Origin: Escherichia phage vB_EcoM_G17
Strand: one strand, 5' to 3'
Sequence record: MK327931.1
Length of the DNA: 64,000 bases
Shown piece by piece: positions 42,123 to 52,926 of this stretch (within the stretch, counting starts at the first letter, position 1; each line of letters starts with the position of its first letter). Below the pieces are notes generated by a model that did not search any database, had not been told where the DNA came from, and worked only from the letters and a program-made list of their open reading frames with translations. The position numbers and the translations under genes are program-made.

Positions 42123-42799
42123 CGCAACACCAAATATTTCCCGTTTCTTCCAATTACATATTGATCACCACTTCGTAGTACTGTATAGCTTTCCCCTAGT
42201 ATGGAACTAAGACGCGAAGTGTCTAATTGTGTATCATTCTTTAATAACTTTTTCACATATGTTTCTGAAACAAAACCGCTTCCAGTACTGTAATGTAATT
42301 TACCATATGCTGTTTTTAATGTCAACATGTTTCCTTCTTTGATTACTGAAACACCAGCATAATCAAGGAACTCACTAATTGAACTAGGAATACCCAAATC
42401 AATTCTCTGCTGTATTTCTTCAAAATCAACATCGATTGGGTCATTAACACCATATAGTTGTATTTTCCAACCTGGGTCTGGACAAATATTTTCAATAGTT
42501 TTAATTAAACGTAAAAGTTTTTCAGGGAATTCAGCATTTCGTTCCATTTCAACATAAACTTGATATCGACCATCTAAATTTGGTGTTTCTGCTGCTTCTG
42601 TATCAGCTACATCAATAGGTGATTTTTCAATAAAAGAAGATAAATCATATGCTGCATCAAAATTGTTAAGTACCTGAAACATAATAACAATATTACTATC
42701 TTCAATTTTAGGAGTATATTCATCAACACTAATGATAGGATGAATCAAATCTTTGAGAACTTGCGGACGTAAGCCTTGTTCATTTAATTTCTTTTTCAT
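42119..42799 (-). CDS. hypothetical protein
   Basis: 226-aa ORF. Confidence 0.55.
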   Translation of the reverse strand: MKKKLNEQGLRPQVLKDLIHPIISVDEYTPKIEDSNIVIMFQVLNNFDAAYDLSSFIEKSPIDVADTEAAETPNLDGRYQVYVEMERNAEFPEKLLRLIKTIENICPDPGWKIQLYGVNDPIDVDFEEIQQRIDLGIPSSISEFLDYAGVSVIKEGNMLTLKTAYGKLHYSTGSGFVSETYVKKLLKNDTQLDTSRLSSILGESYTVLRSGDQYVIGRNGKYLVLR

Positions 42800-43362
42800 T
42801 ACATTCCACCTTCTTGTGTCTCATCCGTTACTTCTACATCTAAATCCACATCATCACCAGTTACAGGTTCTTCAATATTCTCAGGAGAATTCATTGGATT
42901 ACTATTGAATTCTGCTGCCATTAGTTTATATTCATCAAAACTTTCTGGATTAATCAAGTTTCGTGGAATCTGCACTCTAACCAATAGTACTGGTATTCTT
43001 TCATTTTTTGGTATACGTACCGATCCTGATTGTGTCGCAACACTTTTCATATCAGCTTGTCGATTAGGTTCTTTGATAGGAGTTATTTCATAATCAGCTT
43101 TAACATATACTTTAGTACCATGCTTCTCCAAAATAGAGAATGCTGTCGGATCAGGGAAGTTTTCACGATAGTATTTAAAAGTTACAGTACACCAATACTT
43201 ACTTACAATTGGCCCCTCTACCAACTCACCCTCAATAATTCCTTTATACGCATATAAATCATTATCATCGAAATATTTCTCTACAGCAAGAAGTATATCT
43301 AACATACCACTGTTATCATACAACTGCTGAATAGCATTATCTGTATAATCTAAATCGTCCAT
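42799..43362 (-). CDS. hypothetical protein
   Basis: 187-aa ORF. Confidence 0.55.
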   Translation of the reverse strand: MDDLDYTDNAIQQLYDNSGMLDILLAVEKYFDDNDLYAYKGIIEGELVEGPIVSKYWCTVTFKYYRENFPDPTAFSILEKHGTKVYVKADYEITPIKEPNRQADMKSVATQSGSVRIPKNERIPVLLVRVQIPRNLINPESFDEYKLMAAEFNSNPMNSPENIEEPVTGDDVDLDVEVTDETQEGGM

Positions 43363-43420
43363 ATTTTATATTATCCTTAAAAACTAGCACATATAATACT
43401 ATTTACTACTTTTAAAATAC

Positions 43421-43446
43421 AACAAAAGGGGTTTGAATCAAACCCC
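43421..43446 (-). terminator. putative rho-independent terminator
   Basis: GGGGTTTGA-(TTC)-AAACCCC hairpin followed by a T-rich tract on minus strand. Confidence 0.4.
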
Positions 43447-43458
43447 AATTTAAAAGTT

Positions 43459-44103
43459 TTATTTGTAATATTTACCTAGTACTGAATAAATTTTCAATCT
43501 AAGATCTGTCCAGTTCTCAATGTATTCAAAATTACCAGTGTTCTTATACATTGAATTATGAGAACATCCCATCATAACTGACGGAATGCCAAGTCCCATT
43601 GCAGTTTCAATATTATTGATATAATCATCAATCATAAGTTTTACATCATATCTAGACTGTAAATCCTCTAGTGCTTGTTTCTTTGATTCATTCATTTCGA
43701 TAATAATAATCTCATCAAAACAGTTTTCACCAAATTCACGCATTAGGTTTACATTACGTAAAACTTCACCATAACCTTTTTTACCACATTTCGTTAGTAC
43801 TACAAATTTTTCTTTATGAAAACGATCACGTAGCTCTTGTACAATATCAACTGTATTTGGTTCGACTGGTTTTAACAACCCAAACAAATATGATTGTTGG
43901 TTGAATTGTTCAAGAATTTTTTTAACTTCTTGTTGGGGGACACCCAACCAATCGGATAAATCATATTCTAATGGGTATGGTGTTGATGGTGTGATATTAT
44001 AAGTTTGTTTTACAAACTCAGAAAGCATACCCATATGGTCCAATAGAACTTCATCACAATCAAAAACTATACAACGTGGTTTCATTACATGTTCCCCGAA
44101 CAA
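43459..44103 (-). CDS. HAD-superfamily phosphatase, likely 5'(3')-deoxyribonucleotidase
   Basis: N-terminal HAD motif I IVFDCDEVLLD (DxD nucleophile). Confidence 0.55.
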   Translation of the reverse strand: MFGEHVMKPRCIVFDCDEVLLDHMGMLSEFVKQTYNITPSTPYPLEYDLSDWLGVPQQEVKKILEQFNQQSYLFGLLKPVEPNTVDIVQELRDRFHKEKFVVLTKCGKKGYGEVLRNVNLMREFGENCFDEIIIIEMNESKKQALEDLQSRYDVKLMIDDYINNIETAMGLGIPSVMMGCSHNSMYKNTGNFEYIENWTDLRLKIYSVLGKYYK

Positions 44104-45074
44104 ATTAGGTCAATCTCACACAGTAAAGCACTAAGATTCATTTCACGGTCTGATACTGTTGCTTGCTTAACAACTGCATCACGAATTTTAACTTTAATCT
44201 TCATCAGTGTGATTTCATCAGTACTGAACATTTCAGCATTTCTGTACAAGTAAGAGAAAAATGCATCCATCTCATCATCAGGGATATTTTGTACAATTTG
44301 TTCACGCATTTGGCGAATGTTGCCTGCCTTTAATGCTTCAACAATTGCAGTACGATACCCTGCTGAATTTTCAATACTATCTTCAAGTTTTACTAGCTTA
44401 CCATCAACAACTGAACTTTGCAATACGTTTAGTGTTTTACGGAAATCAGGATAGGAAGCATTGATGTACTTTTGAACTTGTTCAACACTATCATCACTAC
44501 TCAAATCAACACCTTCTGCTAGAAGAATATTATAAATTCGAGTCATGAATTGTTCCATATCATGCTTTTCGATTGTAATAACTTGAACACGAGAAATGAT
44601 AGGTTTTTGAATTTTATGTGGTTCGTTACTTGTTAAAATAAAGCGAGCATTTTCATGATAGTCTTCCATTACACGTTTCAAACTACCTTGTGCTTTGTGG
44701 TTCATCTGCTCCATTTCTTCAAGAACAAAAATACGATATCTACCAAAACATGATAGCTTTGCTGCGGCATCGATTTTGTCACGAACAGCATCAATGCCTT
44801 CATCGGACATGTTAAGCGTGGTCACATCACTTGGATCAAGGTGTCCATTTTGAACTAGTCCATTAATTAGTACTTTGATCGCAGATGTTTTACCAGTTCC
44901 TGCTGGGCCAAAAAACCCAATATGTGGAATGTCACCAGTCTTAATCCATTCTTCCATTTTCTGGCGTAGTGCATCGTTTTTTGATACATAATCTTCCATT
45001 GATTGTGGGCGATATTTTTCAGTCCATAGTGTGGTCATTTGTATTTCCTTATGTGTACGTGTTATAGAATCCAA
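44085..45074 (-). CDS. sliding-clamp loader ATPase subunit (RFC-like, T4 gp44-like)
   Basis: RFC box LWTEKYRP, Walker A GPAGTGKTS, Walker B/DEAD-like LEEMEQM, sensor-1 ISRVQ. Confidence 0.8.
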   Translation of the reverse strand: MDSITRTHKEIQMTTLWTEKYRPQSMEDYVSKNDALRQKMEEWIKTGDIPHIGFFGPAGTGKTSAIKVLINGLVQNGHLDPSDVTTLNMSDEGIDAVRDKIDAAAKLSCFGRYRIFVLEEMEQMNHKAQGSLKRVMEDYHENARFILTSNEPHKIQKPIISRVQVITIEKHDMEQFMTRIYNILLAEGVDLSSDDSVEQVQKYINASYPDFRKTLNVLQSSVVDGKLVKLEDSIENSAGYRTAIVEALKAGNIRQMREQIVQNIPDDEMDAFFSYLYRNAEMFSTDEITLMKIKVKIRDAVVKQATVSDREMNLSALLCEIDLICSGNM

Positions 45075-45334
45075 TCGGCTGAATTATATAATAAAGCCGT
45101 GAAAAGTTCTTCTGTCATTTCCAATTGATTTAATAAAAAATTAAAAGAATTTGCCTTATTTTTAATCCCAGTACTTTCAGCTTGGGCTGATGCAACTAAT
45201 AAAACTTTAAACATATCATGTGAAACTTCATATACATATTTGGTATTTTTTCTATCTTCAAACATGAATCTTCCGTTTTTAGATACTAATGTTACATCCT
45301 TGAAACTAAATTTTCCATCATCAGTTATCATCAA
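45062..45334 (-). CDS. hypothetical protein (possible clamp-loader small subunit by position only)
   Basis: 90-aa ORF immediately downstream of the clamp loader ATPase. Confidence 0.35.
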   Translation of the reverse strand: MMITDDGKFSFKDVTLVSKNGRFMFEDRKNTKYVYEVSHDMFKVLLVASAQAESTGIKNKANSFNFLLNQLEMTEELFTALLYNSADWIL

Positions 45335-45387
45335 AATCTGTCCAAATAAAAAGCCCAGATATTCATCCGAGCTTTAATTATATTTTA

Positions 45388-45714
45388 TTAACGACCAAAG
45401 GTTAGCATTTTAGTTCGTGGATCTTCATCTGAAACTAAACTAACTGCGGCTGGATAATCAACCAAGTTTAATTCAATACCATCAACTTCAATAGTTCTTG
45501 ACCATCGACCATGATCAATTAAAATCCATTGACCTTCTTTAATATCAGTAATGTCTTCGCCTACAGAATAAACTTTTGCCCAGCGAGAACGAATACCTCT
45601 AATTTTACCGTCATCGTTTGTTAAAACGATACCACCTGCTGTTTTGCGTTCACCATGTTCCAGTTCAGTTACCAGTACTTTACCTTTACATGCAGTCATT
45701 ACTTTATTAGTCAT
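45388..45714 (-). CDS. GroES-like co-chaperonin (T4 gp31 analog)
   Basis: KGKVLVTELEHGERKTAGGIVLT matches the GroES N-terminal signature; about 108 aa. Confidence 0.7.
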   Translation of the reverse strand: MTNKVMTACKGKVLVTELEHGERKTAGGIVLTNDDGKIRGIRSRWAKVYSVGEDITDIKEGQWILIDHGRWSRTIEVDGIELNLVDYPAAVSLVSDEDPRTKMLTFGR

Positions 45715-45722
45715 TTAATATA

Positions 45723-46067
45723 TTACTCCTGATCTTTGGTTCTAGCTCGACGTGGTGCTTTCTTCTCTTCAGAAACCTCAGCTTCTTGTTCTTCGGGCTT
45801 AACTTCAAAACTCTCATCATCCCATACTTCATCCGTACCATGTTCAGTACTATGAAGTTGATGTTCAGGGATATAATCAGGAATTTGCATTTCTCGTTCT
45901 TTTTCTTGAATCAACTCTTCACGAGTTTTAATAATTGTTCCACCTGAACCGATTTTATCACCACGTGCGTTTAAATTAGCATTACCTAATGCTACCTGAT
46001 GTTGATTTTGGTACTTGAGCATATCCATGTCAATTGTTGTACCACGATAAGTTGTATGTTTAGACAT
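45723..46067 (-). CDS. hypothetical protein
   Basis: 114-aa ORF, acidic C-terminus. Confidence 0.45.
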   Translation of the reverse strand: MSKHTTYRGTTIDMDMLKYQNQHQVALGNANLNARGDKIGSGGTIIKTREELIQEKEREMQIPDYIPEHQLHSTEHGTDEVWDDESFEVKPEEQEAEVSEEKKAPRRARTKDQE

Positions 46068-46130
46068 ATCAAAATCCTTTTATTGTATGTGTGATATAAG
46101 CCTACAATAAACATTATATCACATGTTTTT

Positions 46131-46649
46131 CTACCATTTCAAAAATTCGTTAACATCAAGTTCATACTTCAATGAATCTACCATATGTAGTCCAATCAAA
46201 AACAAACAGTATGATGCAACAGAGCTTCCACGACCTAGACCCCAAAAGATCTCATTTTCTTCCATATAATCAACAAGCCATATCATACATCTTAGTAGCT
46301 TTGTCATATTATAATATTCATATAAATCAAGTTCATACTCAACACGTTTTCGTGCTTCATCGGATGTGCATTTTTGTAAGAAAAAGTCACGCAGATTTAT
46401 ATTGTCGTATACTGGATCATATCGCCACAGTTCATGATTTTTATCATGCTCAATTGTATAATCCAGCATACGTTGTTCTAAGCCAAATTTTTTACAGTTA
46501 TCATTGAATTTCAACCTTTCAGGTTCATCAATTTCCTGCAATTGTAAGTACTGGATATCTGCACCGCAATTGATTGCATAAACAACTGCGTTAAGATTAC
46601 ATTTCACATCACCATTGGGACTTATAAATCTGTTTCCTTGTACTTTCAT
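46131..46649 (-). CDS. hypothetical protein with DnaE (Pol III alpha)-like segment
   Basis: C-terminal RVEYELDLYEYY...WGLGRGSSVASYCLFLIGL...LKYELDVNEFL resembles the DnaE region around the GPGRGSAAGS motif (recalled from memory, not searched). Confidence 0.4.
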   Translation of the reverse strand: MKVQGNRFISPNGDVKCNLNAVVYAINCGADIQYLQLQEIDEPERLKFNDNCKKFGLEQRMLDYTIEHDKNHELWRYDPVYDNINLRDFFLQKCTSDEARKRVEYELDLYEYYNMTKLLRCMIWLVDYMEENEIFWGLGRGSSVASYCLFLIGLHMVDSLKYELDVNEFLKW

Positions 46650-46920
46650 TTTTCTTCTTCTGGGCCTCTTCGTTGTCAGTTAGATATGAATCCATATCGA
46701 AGATACATGGATCTTCTTCGTCATAAACAGTTTTTTCTTTTTGTCCTTGGCGAAGTTCTAGTTCAGCATAACATTGATTTAAGACAGTTTGCATATTACC
46801 AATAATCATGTCGCTTAGGCCAGCAGCACGAGCAGAAGTTAAACGCATTGACTGTTCATTAATTTTTAACTGTAGTTCTTTTTCCGTCATTCCAGACGGG
46901 TCAAAAAACGGATTAAACAT
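46609..46920 (-). CDS. hypothetical protein
   Basis: 103-aa ORF. Confidence 0.4.
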   Translation of the reverse strand: MFNPFFDPSGMTEKELQLKINEQSMRLTSARAAGLSDMIIGNMQTVLNQCYAELELRQGQKEKTVYDEEDPCIFDMDSYLTDNEEAQKKKNESTRKQIYKSQW

Positions 46921-46921
46921 A

Positions 46922-49342
46922 TTAACCTCCTATGTTATTGTTTTGCAATGTAATCAAAAATGTATCTGAAACATAATTCACTGATTCATGCGAAAAGTAT
47001 CCGAATTCAACCGATGTGATTTCGAACTCTACACCTACCATTGTACCATGTTCATTGTTCTGAAGTAAAGTGTTGAAAAATGCTTCACCTTTGCCTGGTT
47101 GACAATATGCAACTGGAATGATAGGCATGAATTTTTTCTGTATACCATCTTCAATGTATGGGTGATTCATAAATCTTGGGACCGTATCAAGCATTTCATC
47201 ACTGATACTTGGTATCGCATCAACGTATAGACCACGATTTTGTAAATCGGTTGGGTCTTTTACTAAGTTGGTTGTGTCTTCACCAATAGCCTGAAAAATA
47301 TTTTGTCGTAAACCAAATAATTCACCAAGCTGACCGTTGTCGATTTGAGTATATTGACGTGGATTTTTGGATACAGATACTAAAGAACCTTCAGGTAAAA
47401 CCTCTCTATATAATAGATCATATTGTAAGTTACCTTGATTGTCAAGTGCTGATATTATTTTATAATTACCCATTACCATTTTAAATTTTCCATTTGGAAT
47501 AGTAGTTCCATTTGGGTTAATTATACTATTTCTCAATACTTTCTTGATATCAGAAAGGTTAGTATATGGATACGTTTGACTTAGGAAGTTTTCTTTCAAT
47601 AACATCTTCGGTATTTTCTGAAGACCATATCTATTGTCAGATTGTCGGAAAAATAGTTGATTAGTGAATGATGAAGTACTTATACATTTAAACCATTCTC
47701 TCTCAAATGCAACCGAAGGTAATACATGTGCACTCAAATAATTCTGTCCGAATCCTCTTACAATCTTAAGGTTAAATATTTTTCTTGCTTCACCACCTTC
47801 AGTACTAAATGCTTTAACATAAAACGATAATTTAATATCATCATTTTCACTAAAATCAATACTTTTGGCATATGCAGTTCCTACAAGATATCCATCTGGT
47901 GTCAAATCTATCCCATACTTTCTAATGTCATCACCACCATCTAAAACATACGAAACTTGATTAGAGCTATCAGTTTCAATTTTAGGATATATACTGTCTC
48001 CAAAATATTCACCAACATGTATGGTTCCTAAATCACTATCAGTAATAAAGTTTATATTATTACCTTCTTCTGCGTTTATCAAAACCCTGAACATTTTTTG
48101 CATACCAATGATATTATCACCAAGAGTAGAGTCATAATATCCTAAATCAATCCAATCACTACTATCATAAACGGGCTTAATTGTTCCATTATCGTATTCA
48201 CCACTAATTACGTATGGATACACAACATTATCTTTTAATTGATATAAATGATTGGGTAGTGGTTTTTCTGAAATAGAATATATAGTATCTATGTCTTCAG
48301 GACAAACCCACATTTGATATGCTTTATATCGTTGATTGATAGCAAACCTTTCACTTTCTTCGGTGTATGTACTTAATATATCAACAATCTCAACTTTAAA
48401 ATATGCATCACAAGCATCTGAGTCATATAAAAATGTTTGCAATAATTGCCCATTTGGGTTGAACACCATTCCAGTGTCAATTAAATTACCATTTCTATTT
48501 TGAATATTAACTTTTACTTCTTTGTTTATACCAGAAATAGGCCATGTTGATTGTGCTGGCTTGAATACTGCGAAATCATTCGTAATATGTTTATCTGGAA
48601 CTTCAGAAATATCCATGTCAATCAAACGATATGCTGGAAAAAAGACACGAGGTGTAATATCAGTAGTCATGTCAGTACCCAAAATGAAAGGTCGTCTTCT
48701 TCCAAATCCTTGAACGAACAATGTACTGTTGGAGCCATACTCAACATCACCAATACAATAAAGCTTTTTGTCATCACCAATCTCAACTCCGGGTGTAACC
48801 CAAACTTCTTGACTATCATATGTTATTGATGTATCAGTTAATCCTAGAACACCACTTGGTGAAATATTTCCAAAATACATAACATTTACTGCTTGTAAAT
48901 AAAAATTTATAATTTCTGTATTATTATAGGTTCCATCATTTTTACAATGAATTTTTATAAAATAAACATCTTCACTATTAGTACTTGCAGATAAGTTAAA
49001 TTCATTTTTGCTGATTTTACACTTATGCTTACCATTTACTAATTTATTACCAGTTGTACCATCTGAAATAGGAACAAAAGTATTTTCGTCATTACCAACA
49101 TAAAAAGTATAATGTGGTTCTGGATCAAATACAGCACCTGAACTATCCAAGCATTGTATGTTAAGAATCATTTCTAAGTATTCATCTTCATTTAATACAT
49201 AGCTATCATCCGTTGTGCTTTCTTTATTGATACTCAAACGCACAAGAATGTCTTGTCCTTCTTGTATATATCGAGCATCGGCTTTTATATCCCATCGTGG
49301 GGTAAAAGTTGTCATTATAATTCTCCATAGCCAAGCTGCCAT
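46922..49342 (-). CDS. hypothetical large protein (806 aa)
   Basis: Long uninterrupted ORF; Asn/Gly/Tyr-rich, no recognisable catalytic motif. Confidence 0.6.
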   Translation of the reverse strand: MAAWLWRIIMTTFTPRWDIKADARYIQEGQDILVRLSINKESTTDDSYVLNEDEYLEMILNIQCLDSSGAVFDPEPHYTFYVGNDENTFVPISDGTTGNKLVNGKHKCKISKNEFNLSASTNSEDVYFIKIHCKNDGTYNNTEIINFYLQAVNVMYFGNISPSGVLGLTDTSITYDSQEVWVTPGVEIGDDKKLYCIGDVEYGSNSTLFVQGFGRRRPFILGTDMTTDITPRVFFPAYRLIDMDISEVPDKHITNDFAVFKPAQSTWPISGINKEVKVNIQNRNGNLIDTGMVFNPNGQLLQTFLYDSDACDAYFKVEIVDILSTYTEESERFAINQRYKAYQMWVCPEDIDTIYSISEKPLPNHLYQLKDNVVYPYVISGEYDNGTIKPVYDSSDWIDLGYYDSTLGDNIIGMQKMFRVLINAEEGNNINFITDSDLGTIHVGEYFGDSIYPKIETDSSNQVSYVLDGGDDIRKYGIDLTPDGYLVGTAYAKSIDFSENDDIKLSFYVKAFSTEGGEARKIFNLKIVRGFGQNYLSAHVLPSVAFEREWFKCISTSSFTNQLFFRQSDNRYGLQKIPKMLLKENFLSQTYPYTNLSDIKKVLRNSIINPNGTTIPNGKFKMVMGNYKIISALDNQGNLQYDLLYREVLPEGSLVSVSKNPRQYTQIDNGQLGELFGLRQNIFQAIGEDTTNLVKDPTDLQNRGLYVDAIPSISDEMLDTVPRFMNHPYIEDGIQKKFMPIIPVAYCQPGKGEAFFNTLLQNNEHGTMVGVEFEITSVEFGYFSHESVNYVSDTFLITLQNNNIGG

Positions 49343-49402
49343 TATCTATAGATTATTTATATAAAGGACAAGGAAGACCCATAAGGTCTTCCATTAAATA
49401 TA

Positions 49403-50815
49403 TCAATTGTCTGATTTAGGAGTAAAGTCAATCTTTCTTAGTTCTTTTAGTTCAGATTTATAAATGTCCCAAATTAAGTCATGATTAGATAACAGTTCAT
49501 TGTACTTATCCATCAAATCAAGATTATCTTGAATATCTTGTAGTACTGATTGATAATTATCTTGCGTCCAGCGATATGAAGGGAAGTTTACAATGCTTTG
49601 AATATTCTCTTCCGTTGCTTCAATTTCGGTATTTAACGATTTAACGAATTCAACCATTTCAGCACGGTTTGCAAATCCTTTTACCTTAGCAATCATATCA
49701 TTATCGAAACATTCTTTAATTAGAATTTTATAACGAACTTCAGCAGCACAATCATCAAGTTTCTTTTCATAACGCTTGATGTAATATTTGAAACGGAAAT
49801 CAACGAAGTCTTTAATCAAATCCATCGTAGTATCGTAAACTTTCACTTTGCCATTTTCACCTAGAACAGTTAAATGTTGAGTCATTTTTTTGTTAATGCC
49901 AAAATACTCAATAACATCCATCTCTGTCCATTTAGCTGACGTTCCACGTGGAAGTTTAATGGTAATATCAATTACATCAGTACTATCATTGTCATAATCA
50001 CGAATCTCACCATCATCACTCATTTTGATTAGTTTTTCGATGAATTTCTCAATACTGTAATTAGGTGGTAAGCCTGTTACTTTAACAGTGCTTGCATCAA
50101 TAACCTCAGCTTTACCATAGAATTCATACTTATTTTCATCAAGCTTAGTCACAACATCACTTGCACCACATGAAACATAATATGGGGTCATTTCTTTTAG
50201 TGGTTTTTTATCAATAGCACGAATGCAATTATCAATAATATCTTCAATTTTATGTGGTAGAATTGTACTCTTATAACCAACTGACATACTATCATTACCA
50301 AACAATGATAATGGAATAATAGGCAAGAAATGAACAGGTTCATATGTTGTCCCGTCATAGTTCTCTTTCATTGGTATAATATCAGCATCACGCAAAACAA
50401 GCATCTCAGTACTCTTATTCTTTTTAACATAAGTGTAACGAGCAGATGCTGGCGTACTGTTTACTTGTGTACCAAAACCACCACGTTTTCCAATAAGAGG
50501 ATAGTTGTTAGCTACTGGAGATGCTAGATTTTGAAGTGTTCCTGATGCTGACGTGTCCCCATGAAGATAGATACCATCACTAATCATTTTTCCAGCACAT
50601 GATACTGTTTTAATTTCCCCACTAATTTTAGATAATGTGAAGATTGCTTTACGTTGTGAACTCTTTAGACCATCAATTCCAGGAATAGCACGGTCTAGTG
50701 TATACATCGAATATTCTAGTGATGTTGTATTCACATAATCAGAACTGTTATAATCTAGTAGAGTTAGTGTTTGGTTATCGATATTATTATTTTCTGTTTT
50801 TTTACTTTTAGCCAT
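49403..50815 (-). CDS. type II DNA topoisomerase, GyrA-like subunit (T4 gp52-like)
   Basis: SSQRKAIFTL...GDTSASGTLQNLASPVANNYPLIGKRGGFGT resembles the GyrA/ParC breakage-reunion region; 470 aa; adjacent to GyrB-like gene. Confidence 0.75.
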   Translation of the reverse strand: MAKSKKTENNNIDNQTLTLLDYNSSDYVNTTSLEYSMYTLDRAIPGIDGLKSSQRKAIFTLSKISGEIKTVSCAGKMISDGIYLHGDTSASGTLQNLASPVANNYPLIGKRGGFGTQVNSTPASARYTYVKKNKSTEMLVLRDADIIPMKENYDGTTYEPVHFLPIIPLSLFGNDSMSVGYKSTILPHKIEDIIDNCIRAIDKKPLKEMTPYYVSCGASDVVTKLDENKYEFYGKAEVIDASTVKVTGLPPNYSIEKFIEKLIKMSDDGEIRDYDNDSTDVIDITIKLPRGTSAKWTEMDVIEYFGINKKMTQHLTVLGENGKVKVYDTTMDLIKDFVDFRFKYYIKRYEKKLDDCAAEVRYKILIKECFDNDMIAKVKGFANRAEMVEFVKSLNTEIEATEENIQSIVNFPSYRWTQDNYQSVLQDIQDNLDLMDKYNELLSNHDLIWDIYKSELKELRKIDFTPKSDN

Positions 50816-50865
50816 TCCATTGTCTCTTGGTAAAAGGGGAACACCATGTTCCCCATTAGTCTATA

Positions 50866-52830
50866 TTATTCCATCCAGTTCTTACGATCATCTGCACGTT
50901 TCTTGTTGAAAATCAAATCAAGAGTTTCTCCAAGACGTCCATCATCGGTGATCGCTACTGCAACACTATTAGTGAATGCATCACGGAAGTTTGCTTTTTC
51001 TAAAGTTCCTAAACCTTTTGCACGCGTTGCTTTCCAGCCTTTCCAATCATCTGGGTTATATTCATGCACATTATGACCATAGTAGTATTTTGATTCTTTA
51101 CCTTTCTCAAGAATGATAAATGGTGTTTTGAATACATACACAAATGGATTTTCTGGGTCTTGAAACAATTCAGGCCAGAATTTAAATAAGAAGTTACACA
51201 CTAGAGCACCAATGTTCTTCCCATCTTCATCTTCATCAGCACAGATGTAAAGCTTACCATAGTTTAGTTCAGAACGTTCTGCTTTAACACCTGGAACTAA
51301 GTTGATACTAGCCATTATATCATGTAAAGCCATTGAATCCATTAATTCTTTGGTTTTCTCAGTACCACTGACGTTCATAATTTTCCCACGCAATGGTAGA
51401 ATACCATGAATACTTGGTATACGAGCACTAGCCATGTTGGAAATTGCAGAGTCACCTTCTGCAATCAATAGAATACACTGTGAACGGTCTGTTCCAGTAC
51501 TATCCAATAGTTTTGCAACTTTACCTTTTAGAAGTTTCTTTGCTAGGCGACGATCTTCTTCTGCATCTTTCTTATTTGTACGGGCAGCACAACGTTCGAA
51601 GATTTCATCAACCCATTCTTTGTTCTTCTTAACTAATTCATCAAACCATTCGGTACTCATAGCTTGTTGAATTGGACGGATTACGTTTTCATTAGTTAGT
51701 TTAGATTTAATCTGTGAGTTGAATGAAGGTGCTTTCATAGTTGTGACATTATAAATCAACAAACCTTCTTCAATATCAGAACGATTAGGTTTCATCCTAC
51801 GTTTCTTAGATTCTTTCTCTAGTGCAGTTCCTACACCGAGTGAGAAGAATTTCTTGAATGTATCAAGATGTGTACCACCATCAAATGCAGGAGCATTGTT
51901 AACCAACCCATGCATATGGAAATTCGTGTTCATGCCAGCTACTGCATTAGGAACAATATAAAAAGTACTGTTAAAATTGAATGAATCATCTTTAACATTC
52001 AACTGCATTAATTTAGATGCATTGAAGAGTGCTTTTTCAGTGTTTCCTTTAATAGCAATACGTTTCCCGTTCAGAAAGATTTTATAAGTTGGGTTAGCTG
52101 CTGCCATTTCTTTAAGAATACTATAAAGTAATTCGGTTGGTAGTTTTCTGTTTGGAAAAACTTCTTTACTCAAAGTAAAACGAATTGTTGTTCCAGTTTT
52201 ATCGGTTTGTACCTTTCTAATAGTAGGTTCGTGTACATGAAGCTCAGGGAACATAATAGTTCCTTCCTCAAACTTCTGATTGAACTTATAAAACCCATCA
52301 TAACCATCATTACTACTTTGTGTTTTATACGGACGACCTTGGCGATGAATTTCTAACTCTGCCTTAGAACTGACAATCATTGCAACAGAACCACCTAAAC
52401 CATTCTGACCAATCGTTTCATCACGTTTTGAATCGTCAAAGTTACGGCCTGTTTTTGTTTCAGTCATTACCATAGTACACAAGTTTTTCTGATACTCTGG
52501 AACATAATCAATTGGAATACCACGTCCATTGTCACTAATTTCAAATGATAGTTCTTCTTCATTGAAATCAACTTTCAAAACAGGTTCTTTGGTTCCAGCT
52601 TTTTTAAATTCATCTAAGCTGTTATCAATAATTTCACGTGTAGCAGTAAGAATTGCAGGAACCCATTCTACGTTCTTAACCTCATAACCTGATTCGCCAA
52701 AAATCAGTACTTGACTTTCATGCACTGAACGAGAACCAAGATACATCTCGGTACGCAAACGAGCATGTTGATAATCATTTAGTCGTTGAACATCATGTTC
52801 CTGTAGAACAGCACTTTCTTTCTTAGCCAT
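50866..52830 (-). CDS. type II DNA topoisomerase, GyrB-like ATPase/Toprim subunit (T4 gp39-like)
   Basis: GHKL ATPase elements (EIIDNSLDE, ISDNGRGIP, GLGGSVA) and Toprim LLIAEGDSA. Confidence 0.8.
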   Translation of the reverse strand: MAKKESAVLQEHDVQRLNDYQHARLRTEMYLGSRSVHESQVLIFGESGYEVKNVEWVPAILTATREIIDNSLDEFKKAGTKEPVLKVDFNEEELSFEISDNGRGIPIDYVPEYQKNLCTMVMTETKTGRNFDDSKRDETIGQNGLGGSVAMIVSSKAELEIHRQGRPYKTQSSNDGYDGFYKFNQKFEEGTIMFPELHVHEPTIRKVQTDKTGTTIRFTLSKEVFPNRKLPTELLYSILKEMAAANPTYKIFLNGKRIAIKGNTEKALFNASKLMQLNVKDDSFNFNSTFYIVPNAVAGMNTNFHMHGLVNNAPAFDGGTHLDTFKKFFSLGVGTALEKESKKRRMKPNRSDIEEGLLIYNVTTMKAPSFNSQIKSKLTNENVIRPIQQAMSTEWFDELVKKNKEWVDEIFERCAARTNKKDAEEDRRLAKKLLKGKVAKLLDSTGTDRSQCILLIAEGDSAISNMASARIPSIHGILPLRGKIMNVSGTEKTKELMDSMALHDIMASINLVPGVKAERSELNYGKLYICADEDEDGKNIGALVCNFLFKFWPELFQDPENPFVYVFKTPFIILEKGKESKYYYGHNVHEYNPDDWKGWKATRAKGLGTLEKANFRDAFTNSVAVAITDDGRLGETLDLIFNKKRADDRKNWME

Positions 52831-52892
52831 TTGAATTCCTTATCATGTCTCTTTGTCATAAAACATTGTATCACCAATGTTTTGTTTGTCTC

Positions 52893-52926
52893 AAAAAAAA
52901 ATATCGGAACAATTTGTCCCGATATA
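52893..52926 (-). terminator. putative rho-independent terminator
   Basis: Imperfect hairpin ATATCGGAAC..GTCCCGATAT followed on minus strand by T9. Confidence 0.4.
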
